From positions 62,001 to 126,000 of the forward strand of contig JAXLNO010000140.1 in assembly GCA_038087875.1 (NCBI GenBank): a DNA stretch of 64,000 nucleotides, given 5' to 3'. The notes under the pieces are model-generated. The model searched no databases. It was not told the DNA's origin and worked only from the letters and a program-made list of their open reading frames with translations. The stretch is from Malacoraja senta (Eukaryota). A program made the position numbers and the translations under genes. Below, in pieces: positions 37,893-50,074 of this stretch; position 1 is the stretch's first letter; each line of letters starts with the position of its first letter.

Positions 37893-39149
37893 TGTTAGGC
37901 GCTTCCCCCCCTGGTGAATGCTATGTACTTACCTTTCTCTGTTTCTTTCCCGAGTGCAGGCCTTGTGGTTGTGAGTCTGGAATCAAGGGGTTAAAAGGCT
38001 CCTGTACCCGATTGGCCAAGCTGCGTCAGGTGACGGGTGATTCATCTGAAGCTTAAATACCAGAGCTCCCAGGATTCTCTCTCTTCTTCGTCGACCCTGA
38101 CTTGTGAGCTGACTACTGGAGTGAGCTGCGGAAGGCCCGGCCACATGGCATTAAACTTTGTGTACTTTCACGATTACTTATTAACAAATATTGAATTGGG
38201 ACGGATAAGGGCTGACCTTAGTGTTTTCGTGTATTTTGTTTCAGGGTAACATCTCTTTAGGCAGGTTTTAGAGACTCCGGTTCGACGGTCCACCACGTGG
38301 CTGGCTGGAGCACTGTTAAATTGTTTGTCAGTCCATCCATATCCCTTACTGGGTTGTTTGAATCAGGTTTGGGTTTTGTGTTCCATTGAATAATTAAAAT
38401 TATTTTTGAACTTGAACCTGTTTTCTCTGTTATCTCTGAAGTACCTGCATTCGGGAGTCGTAACAAAATGGGGGCTCGTCCTAAGTTTTGAGGACCCTAG
38501 ACGTTTTTGGTGTTTTTTTGGTAGGCTTCTGGTGACTAAGGAAGTCTGTGTTGTGAAGGAAATTGTTCTTCCCTGTTTGTGGTAGCATTGGTGCCCAGGG
38601 TTTAGCTGGTGGTTTGGTGCTACATTTGATATGGAGTCTAAAGGGAAGGACTTTATTGAGGCTCGTAGTCGGGAGTTGTTTGATAGATGTACGGAGGAGC
38701 ATTTGATTTTTCTGGCAGAGAACTATGAAGTGCCTATTAACCCACATTCAAAGAAACAGTCCATTAAATCGGTGTTGTGGGCTGCGTTGGTAGAGGGTGG
38801 GGTTTTGCCTGGCTGTGCAGACAGTCCCACACCTTCTGTTCAGCCTGGTCAGGACATGGAGGCAGTCATTAGGTTGAAGGAGTTAGAGCTCAAAAGAGCA
38901 GAGATTCAGCTGCGTGAGGCAGAGATTAGGCTGCGGGAGAAGGAATTGAATGCCTCCCGGATTCCATCTAGGGAACGGGAGTTTAATATGAGCAAGAACA
39001 TCCGCCTGGTCCCCCCCCCCTTTAGTGAGCAGGATGTGGACAAGTTTTTCACAGTGTTTGAACGGGTGGCTTTGTCCTTGAAGTGGCCTAGGGTCGCGTG
39101 GACCTTGCTATTGCAGTGTGTCCTTGTGGGTAAAGCACGGGAGGTGTAA
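37893..39149 (+). mobile_element. Gypsy-type LTR retrotransposon 5' part: LTR, PBS and truncated gag
   Basis: LTR 37893-38465 (TGTTA...TAACA). PBS TGGGGGCTCGTCC (38469-38481) is complementary to the tRNA-Pro 3' end. Gag ORF 38631-39149 has a coiled coil and FSEQDVDKFFTVFERVA...WPRVAWTLLLQCVLVGKAREV. Confidence 0.85.
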
Positions 39150-40230
39150 TAGAAATTTATCCCAGGAGGGAAATTGGTCTGCCAACAGTCATAAGATACA
39201 AGACACGTGAATCGAGTGGAAAGTCCAGGATGGGGGATGTGTAGATGGGGGGGGGGGGGGGTGGGGGAGTCAGTCTCAGTCTACCCCACAACAGAAGAGA
39301 GAGTTGTACAGATTGATAGCCACAGGGAAGAAGGATCTCCTGTGGCGTTTTGTGCTGTATCTTGGTGGGACCAGTCTTTTGCTGAAGGTGCTCCTCAGGT
39401 TGGCCAGTGTGTCATGGAGGGGGTGAGCTGTATTGTCCAAGATGCTCCGCAGTTTGAGGAGCATCCTCCCCGCCAAGACCATCTCCAGTGACTCCAACTC
39501 CACCCCCAGGATGGAGCTAGCCTTCCTGATGAGCTTGTTAATTCTGTTGGGGTCCACGGCCTTCGCCCTGCTGCCCCAGCACACAACAGCGAGGAAGATG
39601 GCACTGGCCACCACCGATCGATAGAACATCTGCAGCATCTTACCGCAGACGTTGATAGAGCGGAGCCTCCTCAGAAAGTACAGACAGCTCTGTCCCTTCT
39701 TATACAGTGCCTCAGCATTCCTGGACCAGTCCAATTTACAATCCAAGTAAACTCCAAGGTACTTGTACTCCTTGGTAAACTGCACATCCACACCTTTGAT
39801 GGAGACGGGACAGGGATGTTCCTCTCTTCCTAAAGTCCACCACTAACCCCTTAGAGTTGTCGGTGTTCAGCTGCAGGTGATTCAGCCCACACCATTCAAC
39901 AAAGTCGGGCGAGTGGGAGAACAAAGGGGGATCTGGTGCAGATAATGTGTATACATTGTAACTTTGTCAGCATCCTTATGGGATGACTTTTGCATACCTT
40001 GGGTATGCAAGCAAACAATTCCACTGTGACTTGTCACGTGACAATAAAGTATTCATTCCTTCAGTCATTGACTACACCTCTGTATTCAGCTTCCCTCACT
40101 GATGCAGCCCATAATGGCAGAGTCATCCAAAAACATCTGCAGGTGGTAGGAATTCAAGTTGTACCTGAAGTCCAAGGTGTAGATGGTGAATAGGAAGGGA
40201 GAGAGGACCATCACACTGTGGGGCCCCTTT
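39150..40230 (-). mobile_element. Rex1/Babar LINE 3' fragment truncating the Gypsy gag
   Basis: YKYLGVYLDCKLDWS...KKGQSCLYFLRRLRS...RRSFFPVAINLYN, with RT remnants upstream. Confidence 0.85.
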
Positions 40231-41137
40231 GTTGCTCACTACTGTGTACAGGGCCCTGGTGAGACCGCAGCTGGAATATTGTGTGCAGTTCTGGTCCTCT
40301 TATTTGAGGAAGGACATTCTTGCTATTGAGGGAGTGCAGCGTAGGTTCACCAGGTTAATTCCCGGGATGGCGGGACTGTCATATGCTGAGAGAATGGAGC
40401 GGCTGGGCATGTATACTCTGGAATTTAGGATGAGAGAGGATCTTATTGAAACATATTATTAAGGGTTTGGACACGCTAGAGGCAGGAAACATGTTCCCAA
40501 TGTTGGGGAATCCCGAATCAGGGGCCACAGTTTAAGAATAAGGGGTAAGCCATTTAGAACGGAGATGAGGAAACACTTTTTCACACAGAGAATTGTGAGT
40601 CTTTGGAATTCTCTGCCTCAGAGGGCAGTGGAGGCAGGTTCTCTGGATACTTTAAAGAGAGAGCTAGATAGACCTCTTAAAGATAGCGGAGTCAGGGGAT
40701 ACGCGGAGAAGGCAGGAACGGAGTACTGATTGTGGATGATCATCCATGATTACATTGAAAGGTGGTGCTGGCTCAAAGGGCAGAATGGCCCACTCCTGCA
40801 CCTGTTGTCTATTGAGGGAGTGCAGTGTAGGTTCACGAGGTTAATTCATGGGATGGCAGGACTGGCATATGAGAGAAGGGGTCGCCTGGGGTTATGAGAG
40901 GCCCGGGGAGGCCCGGGGAGCCGTTGGAGCGAGGAGGAGTTACCTGGAGCTGTGAGTAGAAAAACAGCGCGGGGCTTGCTTCTACAGAGCCCCGGGGAGC
41001 CGTTGGAGCGAGGAGGAGGAGTTACCTGGAGCCGTTGGAACCCAAATCTGCAACGTTCCATCTCCAACTGCAACGTTCCAGAGAAGGAGTGTGGGGGAAG
41101 CCTCTGATTGGTCGAACGGACTAGAGGAAGCAGCTGA

Positions 41138-42100
41138 TTGGCTTGTATCCCAGGTAAGGGGAGTATGAGGGCCAGGGCAGTTTACTGTTCTGGATGTCAG
41201 ATGTGGGAAGTCATGGAGTCTGATAGCCCTCCAGACGTCCACATCTGCGCCAGGTGCGTCGAGATGGGGCTCCTAAAGGACCGTGTTAGGAACCTGGAGC
41301 AGCAACTCAATGACCTCTGTCTGCTCAGGGAGAGCGAGGAGGTCATAGAAAGGAGTTACAGGGAGGTGGTCACTCCAAGACCACGGGAGACAGAAAACTG
41401 GGTCACAGTTAGGAAGGGCAATGGGCAGAGGCAGGGACTGGTGAGTACCCCAGTGGCTGTACACCTTGAAAATAAGTACTCATGTTTGAGTAATGGTGGT
41501 GGAGACGGCCTACCTGGGGGCAGCGACAGCGGCCGGGCCTCTGGCACAAAGACCGGTCCTGTTGCTCAGAAGGGTAAGGAAAAGAAGAGGAGGGAAATTG
41601 TAATAGGGGACTCTATAGTCAGGGGGTCGGATAGGCGTTTCTGTGGACGCAGACAGGAGACCCGGATGGTAGTTTGCCTCCCTGGTGCCAGGGTCAGGGA
41701 TGTGTCTGAACGTGTCGAAGAAATCCTGAAATGGGAGGGAGAGGAGCCTGAGGTTGTGGTACATATAGGTACCAATGACATAGGTAAAAAAAGAGAAGAG
41801 GTCCTGAAAGAAGAATTTAGGGAGTTAGGTAGAGAGTTAAGGAGAAGGACTGCAAAGGTAACAATCTCAGGATTACTGCCTGTGCCACGCGACAGTGAGA
41901 GTAGGAATGGAGCGAGGTGGAGGATAAATGAGTGGATGAGGGACTGGTGCAGTGGGTATGGATTCAAGTTTCTGGATCATTGGGACGTCTTTTGGGGAAG
42001 GTGCGACCTGTACAGAAAGGATGGGTTGCACTTGAACTCGAGGGGGACCAATATTCTGGCGGGTAGATTTGCAAAGGCTACTGGGGAGACTTTAAACTAG
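41138..42100 (+). CDS. CR1 ORF1 (zinc finger / leucine zipper + SGNH esterase)
   Basis: CxxC...CxxC, coiled coil, and the SGNH motifs IVIGDSIVRG, HIGTND and DGLHLN; uninterrupted. Confidence 0.9.
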   Translation: MACIPGKGSMRARAVYCSGCQMWEVMESDSPPDVHICARCVEMGLLKDRVRNLEQQLNDLCLLRESEEVIERSYREVVTPRPRETENWVTVRKGNGQRQGLVSTPVAVHLENKYSCLSNGGGDGLPGGSDSGRASGTKTGPVAQKGKEKKRREIVIGDSIVRGSDRRFCGRRQETRMVVCLPGARVRDVSERVEEILKWEGEEPEVVVHIGTNDIGKKREEVLKEEFRELGRELRRRTAKVTISGLLPVPRDSESRNGARWRINEWMRDWCSGYGFKFLDHWDVFWGRCDLYRKDGLHLNSRGTNILAGRFAKATGETLN

Positions 42101-42105
42101 TATGG

Positions 42106-43463
42106 TTGGGGGGAGGGACTCAAATTGGGAAAGCTAGCAGTCAGTGTGTGAGGCAGGAGGCAGAGAATGGAAGCACTCTGACCCAAAATGTAGGGGAGAG
42201 AGAAGAAAAAGACAATAAACAGAGAATAAGAGAGGGTGGGTTTCTTAAATGTGTATATTTTAATGCTGGGAGCATTGTAAGAAAGGTGGATGAACTTAAA
42301 GCCTGGATTGACACCTGGAAGTATGATGTTGTGGCGATCAGTGAAACATGGTTGCAGGAGGGCTGTGATTGGAAACTAAATTTTCCAGGATTTCGTTGCT
42401 TCATGTGTGATAGAATTGGAGGGGCAAGAGGTGCAGGTGTTGCATTGCTTGTCAAGGAAGATATTACAGCAGTGCTTTGGCAGGATAGATTAGAGGGCTC
42501 TTTTAGGGAGGCTATTTGGGTGGAACTGAGAAATGGGAAAGGGGTAGCAACACTCATAGGGGTGTATTATAGACCGCCAAATGGGGAGCGAGAATTGGAA
42601 GAGCAAATATGTAAGGAGATTGCAGATATTAGTAGTAAGCACAAGGTAGTGATTGTGGGAGATTTCAATTTTCCACACATAGACTGGGAAACACATTCTG
42701 TAAAAGGGCTGGATGGGTTGGAGTTTGTAAAATGTGTGCAGGATAGTTTTTTGCAGCAATACATAGAAGTACCTACTAGAGAAGGGGCGGTGCTGGACCT
42801 CCTGTTAGGAAATGAGACGGGTCAGGTGGCAGAGGTATGTGTTGGGGAACAGTTCGGGACCAGTGATCACAATACCATTAGTTTCAATATAATTATGGAG
42901 AGGGTCAGAACTGGACCTAGGGTTGAGATTTTTGATTGGAGAAAGGCTAACTTTGAGGAGATGCGAAAGGATTTAAAAGGAGTAAATTGGGACAGTTTGT
43001 TTTATGGGAAAGATGTGGAAGAGAAATGGAGGACATTTAAAGGTGACATTTTAAGAGTACAGAATCTTTATGTCCCTGTTCGGTTGAAAGGAAATAGTAA
43101 AAATTGGAAAGAGCCATGGTTTTCAAGGGAAATTGGACACTTAGTTCAGAAAAAGAGAGAGATCTGCAATAATTATAGGCAGCATGGAGTAAATGAGGTG
43201 CTTGAGGAGTATAAAAAATGTAAAAAGAGTCTTAAGAAAGAAATTAGAAAAGCTAAAAGAAGATATGAGGTTGCTTTGGCAAATAAGGTGAAAGTAAATC
43301 CAAAGGGTTTCTACAGCTATATTAATAGCAAAAGGATAACGAGGGATAAAATTGGTCCATTAGAGAGTCAGAGTGGACAGGTATGTGCAGAGCCAAAAGA
43401 GATGGGGGAGATATTGAACAATTTCTTTTCTTCGGTATTCACCAAGGAGAAGGATATTGAATT
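42106..43463 (+). CDS. CR1 ORF2 N-terminal part (APE endonuclease)
   Basis: ISETWL, GVYYRPP, GDFNFP, LDLLL, GTSDH; continues in frame at 48250 once the DIRS element is removed. Confidence 0.9.
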
Positions 43464-46400
43464 TTACTTCGGAGTCACGTTAGTGACTACGTGAAGAGCC
43501 CGTCCAGCACGCATGCGCGACATTAGCGTTCACGCAGTGCAACAGCGACGACCGGGAGTACAGGCGCTCCCGCTACACGTCGGTGGAAAATAAACAGCGG
43601 ACCATCAGGTAAGTCTTACTCTGTGGTCGTAATCAGCAAGCTGTGCTCTGCTCTGTATTCCAGGGGAACTGGGAAAATGAGCAGCACGGCAAAGGAAGAA
43701 AACCGCCCCCGTTCGATTCCAACAGAACGGGAGTGTTCCATCAGTGGGGGGCGAGAGGCGGCACCTGGACCGCATATGCGGCAGTCCACCCTCAACGAGA
43801 CCGAGCCGAGCCCAGTACCGCTAGCGCAGCCTGATGAGCGGCAGCGGGCTGGAGGAAAAGTTGTTAAAATTTTTTTTTTTTTTAAACCGGCCGGTTATGT
43901 CTGACTCCGATGAGGAGGGTCCGCCTTAGAGCGGCAGAGCTAGCCGCCTGAGCCGAATGGAAAGGCTCATGGAGCAACTGCTCCAGCGAGACTTGCTTCA
44001 GGAGCTAGAGCAGTCTCGCCAGGGGGATCAGGCACTCCCACATCAGTGCTCTACAAGGCACTGGCCATCGCTTTCCCCTCAAAGCAGGGCAGCGTTGGCG
44101 ACCAGGGCTGGGCTGGTCAGGAACAGGGGTCATTGGCTGAAGATGTCGGGAGTACGCTTGGGGTACAGGATCAGGAAGAGCTGCTGGGTGTGGAGATTCG
44201 CTACGTGGTTACACCACGAGCAGGGCGGCCATTGGAGCCAAAACTGGCGGCCAGCATCAACCACCTGTCCCTCAAACCCCTACAAGACAGGTACTTAATG
44301 AGGCACTAGAGCTGGAAAACTGCAGTTTGCTCAATGTACCGGCTGTTAACAGCCAAATCTGGGGGGGGGGGACAGAGTATCCGGAACCAGGAGCTAAAAT
44401 CCTCAAGCTCCTGACGACAGGGATAACAGCCTATGCTCGTTCCGTGGATGGGGTGGATATGACCACAAACCAGCAAGACACTCTGGCTCTGCTGTGCAAC
44501 ACCCAATATGAGATAAACAACCTCTGCAAGGAGAGAATAAGACCTGCCCTCAATCCCAGGTTTGCAGGACTGTGTAAAACACCGGCCTCAGAGCCGCAGA
44601 TCCTGTTATTTGGAAGGACAAGTGAAAGACCTGGAGGAAGAGTCCAAAGCATTTGGCCTCATGAGGGCAGGCCCCGGAACGAGCAGACCCACACAAAAAA
44701 CCAGACGGCAGTACCCCACCGCGTCCACCAGTCAAGGTCAAATTTATTGAACTGGTGAAAGCTCGGGGTCCGCATACTATCCCCGAAAGCCTTTTTAGGC
44801 CAGGGCCCAGAGCGGACCCCATGGAAAATGCGCCACCCCCAATCAGCAGTACATCAGCAGTACATCCAGCAGTATAACGACGGATGAACAAATGGAAGAA
44901 AGGAACACTACCATAACTATGGAGGTAGGTGGGTCTGGTTCCTACCAGCATGTAAATGGGAAACTGTACTAACAGGAGGTGTCTCACGAATGATAGTTAT
45001 ATACTTAACAGTATTCGGGGATACAAAATAGAGTTCATTCAAGAAAACATGCCACCAGTTCAGCACGTACCCCAAAGGGTCTTTACCCTCTCAGTCAAAG
45101 AGAACTAGAGGCTCAAGCAGAACTGGTGAGGTTACTTACAAAGGGTGTCATTGAGAAATCCAAACATGAACCTTTGGAATTTGTCTCAAATATATTACCA
45201 AAAGCAAAAAAGATGGTGGAAGTCGCATCATCATTGACTTAACCTCACTAAATACCTTTGTTAAGTATGTACATTTCAAAATGGAAACATTTGTAACTGC
45301 TAAACAACTGATTTCCAAAGGATACTTTATGGCAAGCATTGATCTAAAAGATGCCTACTATTCAGTACCCATTCACAAGGGTCATCGCAGATACCTGAAA
45401 ATTTACCTGGATGGGGCAACTATGGCAGTATAAAGTGTTGCCTTAATGGGTTGACATCAGCCCTAGACTATTTACCAAGATATTAAAACCAGCCTTGGCA
45501 ACATTAACGAAACAAAGACGTATTGTCATGGCGTAACTTGATGATATCCTAATAGTAGGCAAAACCATGGAGTTGGCTAAATCAGCTGTATTAGCTACCA
45601 AACAATTGTTTGAAACCCTGGGTTTGTCATACATCCAGATAAATCTAAGTTGACGCCATCCACAACTATGGACTATCTGGGATTCACAATTAACTCAATC
45701 CACATGTCTGTAACGTTGCCAAAAGGTAAAGCAGCAGAATTGGCACAGATGTGCAACAATTTAATGGTAAGCAATCGACCAACCATCCGACAAGTGGCAA
45801 GAGTAATTGGCAAAATGGTAGCAGCATTTTCAGCTACATAATTTGGACTCCTGCACTATCAGCACCTACAAAGGGCAAAAGTACAGGCGTTGAAACGACA
45901 TGCAGGTCACTTTGACAGAACCATGAAACTACCCATTGAAGCAATATCAGAGTTACAATGGTGGATATAACATTTGGCATAGTTCCAGCCCTATCATCAT
46001 CAATAACCCAACGTTAACTATACAAACATATGCCAGTGCTCAAGGCTGGGGAGCAACTAATACCATATCCAGCACAGGTGGTAGATGGACTAACCTAGAC
46101 TCATCTTTACTACAAACACTGGGCATAAATTATTTGGAAATGTTGGGTGCGTTTTATGGTTTTAAAGCATATTCTAGGAATATGCACAACTTGCATCTTC
46201 ATTTACAAATTGATAATATCACGGTGGTGGCCTATATTAACCATATGGGCGGAATAAAGTCGATATCATGTGACAATTGGGTCAACACAATCTGGTAATG
46301 GTGGGTCGATAGACATATTTGGCTATCAGCAACTTACCTACCAGGTAAGCTAAATACAGTGCCAGGTCACGCAAATTCAATGATAAACACCGAATGGATG

Positions 46401-48249
46401 TTAAATCCTGGAGCTTTTGCTAAAATTACAAACCAATATGGCACACCAGATATCGATCTCTTTGCATCCAGACTAAATCACCACATACCAATGTATGCCC
46501 CTTGGGAACCACACCCTGAGGCAGCAGCGATAGATGCATTCGTGCTGAACTGGGGGACCTATTTCTGCTATGCTTTTCCCCCCTTCTGCCTTAATCTGTA
46601 GGGTACTACGCAAAATACAGATGGACTCTGCTTCAGGTATTTTGATAGTACCAACTGGCCTACACAGCCATGGTTCCCAGTGGTACTCGACATGGTCATC
46701 GAAACTCCTATGACCTTTCCCAGTAGCCCAGACCTATTGACGCACCCTGTATCAGGCATAAGTCATCCATGCCATGGCAAAATTAACCTACTGGGTTGCA
46801 GATTATCAAAAGACCACTGCTGGGACTGGGATTGTCTGACAGGACCATCAACATGATGACACCGTATGTCCACCAGGAAACAATATCTATCGAGCAGGAA
46901 GTGGGAAAGATACTGCTCGACTACTGGGACAACATACTCATCTGCAACCATAACCAATGTACTGGAGTTCCTGGGGGGCCTTCACCATAATGAAGGATTG
47001 AGCTACAGCGCCATCAATACTGCCAGAAGTGCGCTGTCAGCCTACTTAAAACAGGTGCCAGGACAACAGGCCATAGGGTCTCAACCGCTGGTGATCAAAC
47101 TCATGAGGAGTATCGTCAACTCCAACCCTCTTAGACCTAGGTATACCCAAATCTGGGATGTCAGTGTGGTCCTGACATACCTAAGGGGATGGTCCCCAGC
47201 CAGGTCTCACCCTGGAAAAGCTAACCCTGAAAACGGTCATGCTGATGCCACTAGTCTCAGCACAAAGAGTCCAGTCCCTCCACTTACTGCGACTGGACAA
47301 CATGGTTATAACACCAGACCGGGTCATTCACCATTCAGGAGCTGCTAAAGCAGAGCAAGCCAGGAACTTGAGTCCTAGTTATGGATTTCCGGGCATACCC
47401 ACCTGACCTACGGTTGTGTGTCATGACTCACTTATTCACTTACATCAACACAACAAGAGATTCTCGAGGGAGAAGGGGAAAAAAAAAAAAAAAAAAAGCC
47501 TTATGGGTCAGCCACAAGAAACCTCATGGTTGGGTGTCGAGCCAAACCATCTCGAGATGGCTCAAGCAGGTACTGGGAGCTGCTGGAGTAGATACTGATG
47601 TATATACATCTCACTCCACCAGGGCAGCATCCACATCGGCGGCTAAAAGAATGAACATGGAGAAAACGTTCCAAACGTTCTACCACAAGCCTCTAGCAGA
47701 ACCTGTGTTATTTGCAGAAAGAGTTTTAAAATCTGCAAAAATATATAATTTAAGCCCGGGGGAGCATTTTGTCTTTTGTTATTGTTTAATAGATACCATT
47801 ATTGTTTACAAACAGATTATGGTTGATTACGATAACATACTTCCTCCCTTGAATGACTTCGGCAGCGAGTGAAGTATGAACTGTTACACGGTTTGAAATC
47901 ACAGAGCTTTAAAATCTTCACGTAGTCACTCACGTGACTCCGAAGTAAAATAGTAAGATTAAACGAGAACTTACCAGTTTGAAGTTTGATCTGTATTTTA
48001 TGAGGAGCTACGATGAGGGATTACGTGCCCTCCGCTCCCACCCTCAATTATAGATCAACTGGTATCTTAGTTCTCCTTTTCTTTACTATGTTTATTTCAA
48101 TTATTGTGTTTCCTGTGATTCCACACCGCTGCTTTGAAGAATGTCGCGCATGCGTGCTGGACGGGCTCTTCATGTAATCCCTCATCGTAACTCCTCATAA
48201 AATACAGATCAAACTTCAAACTGGTAAGTTCTCGTTTAATCTTACTATT
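43461..48249 (+). mobile_element. DIRS tyrosine-recombinase retrotransposon, copy B (decayed ORFs, intact ends)
   Basis: Short ITRs (gaagagcccgtccagcacgcatgcgcgacatt and its reverse complement at about 48141-48171). ICR 47915-48027. Gag remnant; RT (FKMETF, DLKDAYY, MA*LDD); RNase H (ASAQGWGA, INYLEMLGA, IDNITVVAYINHMGG); DNA adenine-methyltransferase-like domain (IDLFASRLN, YAFPP); YR (TISRWLK, HSTRAASTS). Confidence 0.93.
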
Positions 48250-49801
48250 ATGTGAGGTAAGGGAAACAAGTAGAGTAGCTATGGAAACTATGAGATTCAA
48301 AGAAGAGGAAGTACTGACACTTTTGAGAAATATAAAAGTGGATAAGTCTCCAGGTCCGGACAGGATATTCCCTAGGACATTGAGGGAAGTTAGTGTAGAA
48401 ATAGGGGCTATGACAGAAATATTTCAAATGTCATTGGAAATGGCAATAGTGCCGGAGGATTGGCGTACTGCGCATGTTGTTCCATTGTTTAAAAAGGGGT
48501 CTAAGAGTAAACCTAGCAATTATAGACCTGTTAGTTTGACGTCAGTGGTGGGCAAATTAATGGAAAGGATACTTAGAGATAATATATATAAGCATCTGGA
48601 TAAACAGGGGCTGATTAGGTACAGTCAATATGGATTTGTGCCTGGAAGGTCATGTTTGACTAATCTTGAATTTTTTGAAGAGGTTACTCGGGAAATTGAT
48701 GAGGGTAAAGCCGTGGATGTTGTATATATGGACTTCAGTAAGGCCTTTGACAAGGTTCCTCACGGAAGGTTGGTTAAGAAGGTTCAATGGTTGGGTATTA
48801 ATGGTGGAGTAGCAAGATGGATTCAACAGTGGCTGAATGGGAGATGCCAGAGAGTAATGGTGGATGGTTGTTTGTCAGGTTGGAGGCCAGTGACTAGTGG
48901 GGTGCCACAGGGATCTGTGTTGGGTCCACTGTTGCTTGTCATGTACATCAATGATCTGGATGATGGTGTGGTAAATTGGATTAGTAAGTATGCAGATGAT
49001 ACTAAGATAGGTGGGGCTGTGGATAATGAAGTAGATTTTCAAAGTCTACAGAGAGATTTATGCCGGTTGGAAGAGTGGGCTGAAAGATGGCAGATGGAGT
49101 TTAATGCTGATAAGTGTGAGGTGCTACATGTTGGCAGGACAAATCAAAATAGGACGTACATGGTAAATGGTAGGGAATTGAAGAATGCAGGTGAACAGAG
49201 GGATCTTGGAATAACTGTGCACAGTTCCCTGAAAGTGGAATCTCATGTAGATAGGGTGGTAAAGAAGGCTTTTGGTGTGCTGGCTTTTATAAATCAGAGC
49301 ATTGAGTATAGAAGTTGGGATGTAATGTTAAAATTGTACAAGGCATTGGTGAGGCCAATTCTGGAGTCTGGTGTACAATTTTGGTCGCCTAATTATAGGA
49401 AGGATGTCAACAAAATAGAGAGAGTACAGAGGAGACTTACTAGAATGTTGCCTGGATTTCAGCAACTAAGTTACAGAGAAAGGTTGAACAAGTTAGGGCT
49501 TTATTCTTTGGAGCGCAGAAGGTTAAGGGGGGACTTGATAGAGGTCTTTAAAATGATGAGAGGGATAGACAGAGTAGGGAAGATTCAAACAAGGGGACAT
49601 GACTTGAGAATTAAGGGACAGAAGTTTAGGGGTAACATGAGGGGGAACTTCTTTACTCAGAGAGTGGTGGCTGTGTGGAATGAGCTTCCAGTGAAGGTGG
49701 TGGAGGCAGGTTCATTTTTATCATTTAAAAATAAATTGGATAGTTATATGGACGGGAAAGGAATGGAGGGTTATGGTCTGAGCGCAGGTATATGGGACTA
49801 G
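48250..49801 (+). CDS. CR1 ORF2 C-terminal part (reverse transcriptase)
   Basis: KSPGPDRI, YMDFSKAFDKVPH, GVPQGSVLGP, KYADD; open frame with only short in-frame deletions. Confidence 0.92.
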
Positions 49802-50074
49802 GGGAGAATACGTGTTCGGCACGGACTAGAAGGGTCGAGATGGCCTGTTTCCGTGCTGTAATTGTTATATGGTTATATGGTTATTCTTGCTATAGAGGGA
49901 GTGCAGCGTAGGTTCGCCAGGTTTGGCGGGATGGCGGGACTGATATATGATGAAAGAATGGGTCGACTGGGCTTGTATTCGCTGGAATTTAGGAGAGGGG
50001 ATCTTGTGGAAACATATAAAATTCTTCGAGGATTGGATTGGGTAGATGCAGGAAAAATGTTACAGATGTTGGGA

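Larger units (their letters stand above)
40880..49884 (+). mobile_element. Full-length CR1 LINE interrupted by DIRS copy B
   Basis: 5' UTR with a duplicated cccggggagccgttggagcgaggagga; ORF1 41138-42100; ORF2 split at 43463/48250; (TATATGGT)n tail at about 49865-49884. Confidence 0.92.

Noticed and set aside
46359..46601. Adenine methyltransferase-like motifs as a bacterial contaminant or horizontal transfer
   Set aside because: This domain is a known component of DIRS pol and sits at its usual place between RNase H and YR.
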